Assembly (NCBI GenBank): GCA_041752695.1
Contig: JBGSVZ010000103.1
Location: forward strand, 1 to 26,991
Length of the DNA: 26,991 nt
Direction: 5' to 3'
Origin: Terrimicrobiaceae bacterium
Lineage (GTDB): Bacteria > Verrucomicrobiota > Verrucomicrobiia > Chthoniobacterales > Terrimicrobiaceae
Shown here: one piece after another, positions 1-7,884 of the stretch
Layout of the letters: the number at the start of each line of letters is the position of its first letter
How positions within the stretch are numbered: position 1 is the stretch's first letter
The notes under the pieces: generated by a model
Databases searched by the model: none
The model's input: only the letters and a program-made list of their open reading frames with translations
What the model was told of the DNA's origin: nothing
Program-made: the position numbers and the translations under genes

Positions 1-53
1 GGTTCCCCCCCCCCCCCCCCCCCGGGGGGAAATGAATAATCCGGTATTTAGAC

Positions 54-2384
54 TTACCGACGGCGACGGAGAACAAAGGCTCCCGCGAGGCCGAAGGCCA
101 AAAGACCGGCTGTCGTTGGTTCTGGAACAGCGGTCCAGACCAGGTTTACGTCGTTGCCGGTGTAGGTCGTGGAAAACGCTCCATACGATGACCATGCAGA
201 GTTGTCGATCGCGGCGAACGTGCCGGTCAGTGTTCCTCCGCCGGTGTTATCCAAAATCCCCGACCACGTTTGGTCTGTCGTCCAAAAGGCATTCGCCGAA
301 GGAGCAAAGCTGCCGAGGGTGAGGTCGATCGTCGCTCCCGTGAGGTCTACGTTGCCGCCCGTAATGGTAAGGGCATCGAAGTTCGTTCCCGGGCCGGAAG
401 TTGACAGTGCGCCAAGTTCCCACTCGTAAGATCCGTTGAGGGTAAGCCCGTTGGCAAGGGTCATGTTGCCGGGGCTGTTCCCGGGCGAAATGATCCCACC
501 CGCCGCGATCGTGGTCGCGCCGTTGATCGTGCCGGCACCCGCCAGGGTCGCCCCGCTTGCAACCGAAACCAAGGTTGAACCCGTCAAGGTGCCACTGACC
601 ACGAGGGTGCCTGCAGAAACGATTGTCGGTCCACCGTAGCTGTGGTTTCCACTAAGGACCCAGCGGCCTGTCCCGGTTTTGTTCAGGCTAGTCAGCACAC
701 CGCTTCCCTGGTTTGCGATGGGGGTTGCAAAGGTGTTGTTGTCGGTGTTGGTCCCGCTAAGGGTGATAAAGGTGTTTTGAAAATTGTTGAACTGCGAGCC
801 GTCTCCCTGGCCGTTCGTATAAGTAATCGATGTTGGGGTCCATATGAGCGCCCCTGTTCCATTGGCCTCAATCGTGGCACCCGCGCTCCCGATCGAAAAA
901 GCCCGGTTCGTGGTGGTGGCACCGCCGGTATAGCGGAGGGTCCCGCCATTCATCAGGATTCGACCTGGTGTGTTTGTGATCGTGGTGGCAAATCCGAGTC
1001 CGCTGTTCTGGCCAGTGCCATCGACCGTGACCAAGCTGTCCACGCTATAGACTCCCTCAAGAAGGGAAACAGAACCGGTCCAGGCTTTGGCACCGACAAT
1101 CGAAAGTTCTCCGGTTCCTGCCTTGGCCAGGTTCGCGTTGGCGTCACTTGTCGTCAGAGCGGTCGTACTATCGATGATCAGCTTCGCTCCTTCAGCAATG
1201 AAGAACGCGTTGCCATTGCCGCCACTGTTGGCTTGAAGCGTACCATTTTTGATTGTGTAAGTTTTGTTGGTACCATCTCCACCTGTGTAGAGGACGCCCG
1301 AGCCCCCGGTACCTCCGCCTCCGTCCATTTTCATAACTCCACCCGTGAGGTTGAGCTCTTGATTATCCGCATTGCTCGTCAATTTCAGTCCCTGAAACTT
1401 GGTGTTGTCCCGGAAATCGCGCACCATTCCACCTGTCAGAGAAAAGTAGGTGCTGCCTCCCCCGTCATTGTTTATGGTGAGCGTAGTGTATCCGCTAAAC
1501 GCGACCACTTCTTTGGAAGCATTGTAGGCGGCAAAATCCTGACCGTTATTGACGAATATATTTCCGCCCGCATTGCTATTAGCGGTGGCACCCGTAACCG
1601 TCACGGTGTCCCCGCTTTCAATATTGAAATTAAGGGTGGAGGACCGTCCGTTGTTGTTGTTGCTCAGGGACGCGAATGTCACGGCCATGGAACCTGATCC
1701 TGCGCTTGTTGTCTCCACTGACCCAGCGCCGGTCGCCATGAAAAGGGCTCCGATCGTCTCCGTATTCGCAACGTCGGTGGCCCCGGTGAACTTCAACTTT
1801 CCGCCAAGCTGCAGCTGACTGGAATCGGCGAGAATATTTGACAGTGCGTTGGTGTAGGCCAACTCCAACGTGCCGCTGTTGATGGCGGTGCGTCCGGTGT
1901 ACGTGTTGTTGTTGGAGAATTGCCAGGCTCCAGGACCGGTTATGGTGATTCCGGTGGTCCCAACGCCGTTATTGGAGATGATCCCGGAGATCGCATTTCC
2001 CGTGGTTGTGCTCCCGAGCACTAGTCGGCTGGTGCCCACGTTGGCAGAAGTCACGTTTCCGGTGATGTCAATATCGACACCGGAGGAGAAGAGTCCTGCA
2101 AGGTTGTTGCTGCTACCGGTTGCCCCATCGGCAAAAACCTGCGGTCCTGTGATAGTGTAAACCGGCGTGCCGGTGGCCCCGTCAAGCAGGAGCACTCCGC
2201 GATTAGCGGTTGTTAAGTTGTGATTGAGAAAAACACTGGAAACCGACGTATCTCCGGTCACGTTCACCAGGACTTGGGTTTGAGCCTGAAGGGCGGGGGA
2301 GAGAGCGGTTAAAAGGCCAAGCAAGGTGAGACTAAGCTTGCTCGAACTAGGTGACGGCAACAGCGGGAGGAGAGTTTTATTCAT
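54..2384 (-). CDS. PEP-CTERM-sorted surface protein with autotransporter-associated beta-strand repeats (776 aa)
   Basis: C-terminus VPEPTTAGLLAFGLAGAFVLRRRR is a canonical PEP-CTERM signal (motif, TM helix, basic tail). Three beta-strand repeats, e.g. SLNKTGTGRWVLSGNHSYGGPTIVSAGTLVV and GITITGPGAWQFSNNNTYTGRTAINSGTLEL. G/T/N/S-rich. Start reassigned to ATG 2384 (MNKTLL...ALQAQ signal peptide) instead of ORF-track 2546. Confidence 0.9.
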   Translation of the reverse strand: MNKTLLPLLPSPSSSKLSLTLLGLLTALSPALQAQTQVLVNVTGDTSVSSVFLNHNLTTANRGVLLLDGATGTPVYTITGPQVFADGATGSSNNLAGLFSSGVDIDITGNVTSANVGTSRLVLGSTTTGNAISGIISNNGVGTTGITITGPGAWQFSNNNTYTGRTAINSGTLELAYTNALSNILADSSQLQLGGKLKFTGATDVANTETIGALFMATGAGSVETTSAGSGSMAVTFASLSNNNNGRSSTLNFNIESGDTVTVTGATANSNAGGNIFVNNGQDFAAYNASKEVVAFSGYTTLTINNDGGGSTYFSLTGGMVRDFRDNTKFQGLKLTSNADNQELNLTGGVMKMDGGGGTGGSGVLYTGGDGTNKTYTIKNGTLQANSGGNGNAFFIAEGAKLIIDSTTALTTSDANANLAKAGTGELSIVGAKAWTGSVSLLEGVYSVDSLVTVDGTGQNSGLGFATTITNTPGRILMNGGTLRYTGGATTTNRAFSIGSAGATIEANGTGALIWTPTSITYTNGQGDGSQFNNFQNTFITLSGTNTDNNTFATPIANQGSGVLTSLNKTGTGRWVLSGNHSYGGPTIVSAGTLVVSGTLTGSTLVSVASGATLAGAGTINGATTIAAGGIISPGNSPGNMTLANGLTLNGSYEWELGALSTSGPGTNFDALTITGGNVDLTGATIDLTLGSFAPSANAFWTTDQTWSGILDNTGGGTLTGTFAAIDNSAWSSYGAFSTTYTGNDVNLVWTAVPEPTTAGLLAFGLAGAFVLRRRR

Positions 2385-2538
2385 TTTTCTGGGATGGTTC
2401 GGGGATTGCGTGTCAGTGCAGCCCACTTCGCGAGCTAACACGGACTCTGAGACTAGGATTTCACAGATCAGGTCCTCCAGTAAATGCGTGTGCGCGGAAA
2501 AGATTTGTAGCACAGCGGCATTTTTATATTCTTGGTAA

Positions 2539-3648
2539 ATGAACATGCGGAAAACCCGGGTTTACCTCGGGGTGGAGCTTTTCCAGGCGCATTTCCGAAG
2601 GATCGCGCTTGGAGTGGCGGCTTACGCCCGGGCCCAACATCAGCAGTGGTTGCTGATGGATTCCTGGACTCCTTTGGAAATCTCAAAAATTGGCACAAAC
2701 GTCGATGCCGCTGTGCTTCAGGGACAGGAGGAACTTTGCCTTGCGTTGGGAAAGGTCGGCACTCCCTGGATCCAAGTAAGCGCCATGAGAGCTCCTCGTC
2801 CCGGAGAGGGCGCGGTGTTGCCCGATAACCGGGCCATCGGACGCATTGCGGGCGAACATTTTCTGTCGCGAGGATTCCGGAGCTTTGCCTTTTTGGGCGG
2901 CCCGAAGCATTGGTATTCGGATGAACGTCGTCGTGGACTCGAAGAAGCGATTTCCAACCATGAATATTGCTACTCCGACACCGACGACCTGGAGGATGGA
3001 TGGCTGGATGCCCTGTCCAACGGGACGGCCCTCCTGTGCTGCAATGATATCCGGGCTCGTTCCGCCGTTCGCATCCTGCGCAGCCACGGCCGCGCGGTTC
3101 CGGAGGAAGTTGCGGTAATGGGGGTCGACGACGACGATGTTTGTAACGCATTTTCCGAAATGCCGATCTCCAGCGTTGATCCGCGATCCCATTTGGTGGG
3201 TCAAACTGTCGGAGCTGAGCTTGCCCGCCTATTTAAAAACAAGCGGGCGAGTCGGCGCACGATTCTGGTCCCTCCCGGAGGGGTGATCGTCCGGCAATCT
3301 TCTGATATCGTGGCGATCAGCGATCCCTTTCTTGCAGCCGCGGTTGCCACCATCCGGGAACGAGCGGTGACCGGTGCCAAGGTCGGCGATATCCTCAAGG
3401 GGGTAGCGGTATCCAGGCGAACCCTCGAACGGAAGTTCGAATCAACACTCGGTCGGGGGATCGAGGCAGAGATCCGCCGTGTGCGGATCGAGCGGGCCAA
3501 GGAACTCTTGAACACCTCCGACCTGCGGATCGGCGAGGTGGCAACCTGCTCGGGCTTCTCCGACATCTTTCATTTCTCGGCTGCCTTTAAGAAGGCGACC
3601 GGTTACAGTCCCGGGATGTGGCGACGGAGGATCGAGATTGTGGCTTGA
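2539..3648 (+). CDS. XylR-type transcriptional regulator (LacI-like ligand-binding domain plus C-terminal AraC HTH)
   Basis: DNRAIGRIAGEHFLSRGF, CCNDIRA, VPEEVAVMGVDDD, ISSVD, then AraC-type SRRTLERKF...IRRVRIERAKELL...VATCSGFSDIFHFSAAFKKATGYSP. Alternative start at 2545. Confidence 0.9.
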   Translation: MNMRKTRVYLGVELFQAHFRRIALGVAAYARAQHQQWLLMDSWTPLEISKIGTNVDAAVLQGQEELCLALGKVGTPWIQVSAMRAPRPGEGAVLPDNRAIGRIAGEHFLSRGFRSFAFLGGPKHWYSDERRRGLEEAISNHEYCYSDTDDLEDGWLDALSNGTALLCCNDIRARSAVRILRSHGRAVPEEVAVMGVDDDDVCNAFSEMPISSVDPRSHLVGQTVGAELARLFKNKRASRRTILVPPGGVIVRQSSDIVAISDPFLAAAVATIRERAVTGAKVGDILKGVAVSRRTLERKFESTLGRGIEAEIRRVRIERAKELLNTSDLRIGEVATCSGFSDIFHFSAAFKKATGYSPGMWRRRIEIVA

Positions 3649-3810
3649 TCCCGACCCGGGTGGCAGTCTGCGGAATGTTACGACATAAATCTGAATGGAA
3701 TCTGAAAAAATGATGCCGACTGCAGATTACCTCAGCTTGTCAGTCTGAGAATTCTCTCTGTAAACGCCGTTTAAAATCGTCAGGAGTGAGCGCCAGTCCG
3801 CATCGAAACA

Positions 3811-3832
3811 GGTTCGATTCCCTTCACCCGCT
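3811..3832 (+). repeat. tRNA 3'-end fragment (Gly-like T-loop plus acceptor 3' strand), candidate att site, copy 1
   Basis: GGTTCGATTCCCTTCACCCGCT resembles bacterial tRNA-Gly 3' ends. No 5' half (GCGGGTG...) lies upstream, so this is not an intact tRNA. Confidence 0.7.
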
Positions 3833-3934
3833 GAGTTTTGAAGGGACTCGAACGCGAGCCTGCGAGACCGCCCGCGAGGTAGCGCACCTACCGGCGCAGC
3901 CACAAACGTGGAGGTTGCGTTCCGGCGGAATCAA

Positions 3935-3955
3935 TTCGATTCCCTTCACCCACTC
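3935..3955 (+). repeat. tRNA 3'-end fragment, copy 2 (direct repeat of copy 1)
   Basis: TTCGATTCCCTTCACCC at 3935-3951 is identical to 3813-3829 (17 bp), followed by ACTC versus GCTG. Confidence 0.7.
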
Positions 3956-4116
3956 TCTGTCAATCGGTGGCCTTTATAGGAAGGCGCCACGGTGCAATCT
4001 TCAAGGTCCGATTTGGGGTGGGTTGCCGGGGGGGGATTTTTCACGGTCCTGTCGGTCTCTCTCGATAACCTTGCCCGCTTTCCTTGAGCAAATCCCTGGA
4101 AGCTGATTGGGGACGG

Positions 4117-5169
4117 TCAGCTTCGTTTGCGGTTCCGGAGATTGTCGATGGCGACGGCCACGATGATGACTGCGCCCATGACAATTTCCTGCGTGTATTG
4201 CGGCCACCCCATTTTGACTCCGCCATTGCGGAGGATAGTGATGATTAGCGCACCGATCATGGTGCCGAGAATGGTGCCCCGGCCACCGAGGAGGCTGGCC
4301 CCTCCGATGACTGCGGCAGCGATGACAAACAACTCGTAGCCGATCGCTTCCGTGGGCTGTCCGATGGCTCCCAGGCGCGCGAAAAACAGGATGCCGGCAA
4401 ACCCGCTGAACAAGCCGCCGATGAGATACACCATCAGTTTGGTAAAGTTGACGGGAACCCCGCAAAGGATGGCGGTTTTTTCGTTGGAACCAATGGCAAA
4501 AATATGGCGGCCGAGGCGGGTGTAGCGCAGGAAGAGCGACGTCAGAATCGCCGCAAAAATGACCAGCCAGACGGCGACCGGCAGGAACGGAAAGGTAAAG
4601 ATCGTGCGGGCGGGGTCGAGCAGTTGCGCAATCCAAAGATCCTGAACTTCGCGGGGCGGGTAGACGTTTTGTTCGTGGGCGACGAGTTTGGCCAAACCCC
4701 GCGCCATCTGCATGGAGCCGAGTGTGATGATGAAGGGGACGATGCGCAGGTAGGTGACGAGGGCACCATTGAGCAGGCCGACTGCCCCGGCCACGCCTGA
4801 CGCCGCCAGCACGGCGAGGATGGGCATGAGGGTGGGATGCTGGGCGACCAATTTGTTTCCTTCAGGCCCAAGGTTCAGGACGGAGGCGGTCGTGATCATG
4901 GAGAGGGCGATGACCGATCCCGCCGAGAGGTCGATGCCGCCCGCGATGATGATGATGGTCATTCCGATGGCTGCCATGGCAACGACCGCAATGTCCTGGA
5001 GCATGAGCTGGGTGTTGGCGTCGGAGGTGAAGCCTTTTCCGGCGGGCGTGAGCAGGGCAAAAAAGGCATACACCGCCACGAGTGCGGCGAGGCGGCCGGC
5101 CATTTCGAGGACGCGGTTTTTCTTTCGTCCGGCAGCGGAAGTTGTGGTGGGAAGGGTTTCCTGGGTCAT
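4117..5169 (-). CDS. Monosaccharide (RbsC-like) ABC transporter permease
   Basis: Multi-TM protein with AIGMTIIIIAGGIDLSAGS, PFIITLG, TRLGRHIFAIGSNEKTAILCGV, YELFVIAAAVIGGASLLGGRG. Confidence 0.93.
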   Translation of the reverse strand: MTQETLPTTTSAAGRKKNRVLEMAGRLAALVAVYAFFALLTPAGKGFTSDANTQLMLQDIAVVAMAAIGMTIIIIAGGIDLSAGSVIALSMITTASVLNLGPEGNKLVAQHPTLMPILAVLAASGVAGAVGLLNGALVTYLRIVPFIITLGSMQMARGLAKLVAHEQNVYPPREVQDLWIAQLLDPARTIFTFPFLPVAVWLVIFAAILTSLFLRYTRLGRHIFAIGSNEKTAILCGVPVNFTKLMVYLIGGLFSGFAGILFFARLGAIGQPTEAIGYELFVIAAAVIGGASLLGGRGTILGTMIGALIITILRNGGVKMGWPQYTQEIVMGAVIIVAVAIDNLRNRKRS

Positions 5170-6708
5170 TTAATCCTTGGTTGGGAAAAGGTCTTGGCCG
5201 GTGGCGGCCATCATGAGGGAGTGTTCGTTCCAGGCCGCGACGGGGAGGGCTTCGCCGAGAATTCCGCGGGTCATGACCGCGATGCGGTCGCAGATGCCGA
5301 GGAGTTCCGGGAGGTAGCTGCTGATGACGAGGATGGCTTTGGGAGGTTGGTGGCGGGCGGGATCGCCGAGGGCGAGTTTGTCGATCCAGGCGTAAATCTG
5401 CGCCTTGGAGCCGACGTCAATGCCGCGGGTGGGTTCGTCGAGGAGCAGGACATCGCAGTCGTGGTGAAGCAAGCGGGCGATGGCGACTTTTTGCTGATTG
5501 CCGCCGGAAAGGTCTTCCACGGGTTGCTCCGCGGACTGGCATTTGATGGGAAACGTCCGGATCCACGGTTCGCAGGCAGCCTGCTGGCGAGAGGGGAAAA
5601 CCAGCCGCCAGGGGCCGAGGCCGTCCAGTTTGGTGAGCGTGAGGTTGTCGGCGATGGAAAGATTCTGCGCCAGTCCCTCGGTTTTGCGGTCTTCGCTGAC
5701 GAGACCCACGCCCTGATTCCAGCGGCGGGAGGGTGTGGGGGAGGTGGGATTGCCGAGGATGCGCACAGTGCCGGACTTGACCGGATCGAGCCCGAAAAGC
5801 GCGCGCAGCATTTCGGTGCGGCCGGCGCCGATGAGGCCGGCAATGCCCACGACCTCGCCGCGGTGGAGCGTGAGGCTGGCGGATTTCGGAAGCTTTTTTC
5901 CGGCGAGCCGGTCGATCTCCAGAATGGCTGCGCCGGAGGTGCGGGGAGATCGCGGGTAAAGATCTCCAACGGCCCGGCCGACCATCAGGGCGATGATTTC
6001 GCGGACCGGGACATCGCTCACCGCGCCCTGGCCAACGGTTTCCCCATCGCGCATCACGGTGAACCGTGAGCAGATCTCCTCGATTTCCTCCAGCGCATGG
6101 CTGATGTAAACGATGGCGATGCCGCGCTCCTTCAGGCGTTGGATGAGGGCAAAAAGGTTACGGACGTCCTTTTGGGTGAGTGAGCTCGTCGGTTCGTCGA
6201 GCACCAAAATTTTGCAGCCCACCGCCACCGCCCGGGCGATCTCCACCAACTGCTGTTCGGCGATGGAGAGGTCCTCGATGAGGGTTTCGGGTGACACATT
6301 GGTGAGGCCGACTTCGTCGAGCGCCTGGCGGCTGGTCGAGCGCATCTCGCTCCACTTCAGAAAGGGTCCCGCAGTGGGCTCGATGCCAAGCAGGATGTTT
6401 TCCATCACGCTGAGATGCGTGGCGAGGGCGAGTTCCTGGTAGATCATGCAGACGCCCAGGGAGCGGGCGTGCAGCGGATTGCGCGGCTGGTAGGGTTGCC
6501 CGTCGAGCGCCATGGTGCCGGCGTCCGCCAGGCAGGCGCCGGAAAGGGTTTTCATCAGCGTGCTTTTGCCCGCGCCATTTTCTCCGATGAGCGCATGCAC
6601 TTCCCCGGGGTGTACGGTCAGATGGACTCCCTTGAGCGCATAAGTCGCGCCAAAGCGCTTTTGCACGTCGCGCATGGTGAGGAGCGGCGTGGGATCGGCG
6701 GGACTCAC
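5170..6708 (-). CDS. Monosaccharide (RbsA-like) ABC transporter ATP-binding protein, two ABC domains
   Basis: Walker A GENGAGKST, LVLDEPTSSL, YISH, second domain LSGGNQQKV, LLLDEPTRGIDVG. Start placed at GTG 6708 (alternative ATG 6675); ORF-track start 6861 lies inside the upstream gene. Confidence 0.93.
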   Translation of the reverse strand: MSPADPTPLLTMRDVQKRFGATYALKGVHLTVHPGEVHALIGENGAGKSTLMKTLSGACLADAGTMALDGQPYQPRNPLHARSLGVCMIYQELALATHLSVMENILLGIEPTAGPFLKWSEMRSTSRQALDEVGLTNVSPETLIEDLSIAEQQLVEIARAVAVGCKILVLDEPTSSLTQKDVRNLFALIQRLKERGIAIVYISHALEEIEEICSRFTVMRDGETVGQGAVSDVPVREIIALMVGRAVGDLYPRSPRTSGAAILEIDRLAGKKLPKSASLTLHRGEVVGIAGLIGAGRTEMLRALFGLDPVKSGTVRILGNPTSPTPSRRWNQGVGLVSEDRKTEGLAQNLSIADNLTLTKLDGLGPWRLVFPSRQQAACEPWIRTFPIKCQSAEQPVEDLSGGNQQKVAIARLLHHDCDVLLLDEPTRGIDVGSKAQIYAWIDKLALGDPARHQPPKAILVISSYLPELLGICDRIAVMTRGILGEALPVAAWNEHSLMMAATGQDLFPTKD

Positions 6709-6721
6709 GGAGCGGATGCGG

Positions 6722-7711
6722 CTAGGGGAAATCGCTGCGGGTTTTGACCGTGACACCAGTATCGACCACGGGCTCGACCGGCTTTTTGTCGAGGAAATCC
6801 ACCACCGCCTTGACTCCCAGATAACCCATTTTTTCGGGATCCTGCACCACCAGGGCATCAATCACACCGCTCTTCACCCCTTGGACAAGAAAATCCGAGT
6901 CGTCGAACCCGACAAATTTCGCGCGGACTTCCACGCCTTTGTCGCGCAGGGATTTGAGGGCATTGTAGGTGCCCTCGGCTGTGGGCTGGTTGGAGGCAAA
7001 AATCCCATCGAGTTCCAGTTTGTTGTCCTTGACCGAGCTGTTAAGCAGGGTCTCCGCCACGCGCTGGGCACCGGCCATTGAGCCGTCGGTGAACTGTTCG
7101 GAGAGAACCTGGAGGCGTCCATTTTTTTGCACGGCCGCGAGGAACCCTTCTTCCCGCAGGCGGGTGCTCGCCGAGCCTTCGGTAAAACGGATCACCAGAA
7201 TTTTTCCGCCGTTAGCGGGGTTTTCGCCGATGAGTTTGATCAACTCCCCGGCCCCTGCCGCCCCGGCCTGTTGGTTGTTCGTCGCGACGAAGGAGATGTA
7301 ATCCACTCCCTGGCGGCCATCCAGCGGAGAGTCGAAAATCGCGACCGGAAGCCCGCGCTTGGCGATGGTGCGAACGTGCGGGGCAAGGGCCTTGTCGTCG
7401 CAGGGCGCGAGGACCAGGCCGTCCACGTTGGACGCCGCCAGATTGTTCAGAATGCCGATCTGGTCCGCCACCTTTGAGTCATCGAGGGGCCCCTGCCACT
7501 CGAGATTGACATCAAGCTCCGCGGCGGCCCGACGCGCACCGGCTTCCGCCGCTTTCCAATACGAATGGGTCGTCGCTTTGGGGATGACGGCAATGGTCCG
7601 TTTTTTAGGTTCCGAGGAGGAACTGGTCGCTTCGGGAGATTTGCCGCAGCCGAGGAAAAGGGCGAGTGAACTGAGGAGAGAGGCGGCGAGGAGGAATCTG
7701 GGGAGCTGCAT
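6722..7711 (-). CDS. Sugar ABC transporter substrate-binding lipoprotein (RbsB-like)
   Basis: Lipoprotein signal ...LFLGC, then IAVIPKATTHSYW, FVATNNQQAG, LREEGF, VGFD, VVQDPEKMGY. Confidence 0.92.
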   Translation of the reverse strand: MQLPRFLLAASLLSSLALFLGCGKSPEATSSSSEPKKRTIAVIPKATTHSYWKAAEAGARRAAAELDVNLEWQGPLDDSKVADQIGILNNLAASNVDGLVLAPCDDKALAPHVRTIAKRGLPVAIFDSPLDGRQGVDYISFVATNNQQAGAAGAGELIKLIGENPANGGKILVIRFTEGSASTRLREEGFLAAVQKNGRLQVLSEQFTDGSMAGAQRVAETLLNSSVKDNKLELDGIFASNQPTAEGTYNALKSLRDKGVEVRAKFVGFDDSDFLVQGVKSGVIDALVVQDPEKMGYLGVKAVVDFLDKKPVEPVVDTGVTVKTRSDFP

Positions 7712-7884
7712 GATTGGCGGTGGGGTGGGCCCGAGAGGGTGTCTGGATATTGCTTAAAACTGTGGGATTGGCGACCGAAAATTCTGGGTGGAATGTCCCG
7801 GTGTCCGCGGCCGCGCAACACGTGTGACAGAAATGTTGCGGAAGCAGGGTTGATGTGTAGGGTTGCGGGAGGGTTAACAAGGGT

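Noticed and set aside
1..32. C19 homopolymer (5-23) followed by G6, just past the PEP-CTERM stop
   Set aside because: It is at the extreme edge of the sequence. Likely a GC terminator stem or a homopolymer/assembly artefact, and cannot be interpreted as a contingency tract.
642..1697. 351-aa plus-strand ORF
   Set aside because: Antisense shadow of the PEP-CTERM gene with no recognisable motif.
2385..2546. ORF-track N-terminal extensions (also 6709-6861, 13547-13627, 20144-20446, 21035-21412, 26750-26908)
   Set aside because: They precede clear signal peptides or domain starts and mostly overlap neighbouring genes, so starts were reassigned downstream.
3760..3835. Intact tRNA gene
   Set aside because: Only the T-loop and 3' acceptor strand are present. 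There is no complementary 5' acceptor strand, D-arm or anticodon arm.
3811..3955. CRISPR mini-array
   Set aside because: Only two 17-bp repeats with a 105-bp spacer, tRNA-like sequence, and no cas genes.
3786..4106. 106-aa ORF across the tRNA-like repeats
   Set aside because: No motif; better explained as non-coding repeat DNA.
4837..6069. 410-aa plus-strand ORF
   Set aside because: Antisense to the ABC permease and ATPase; a typical high-GC shadow ORF.
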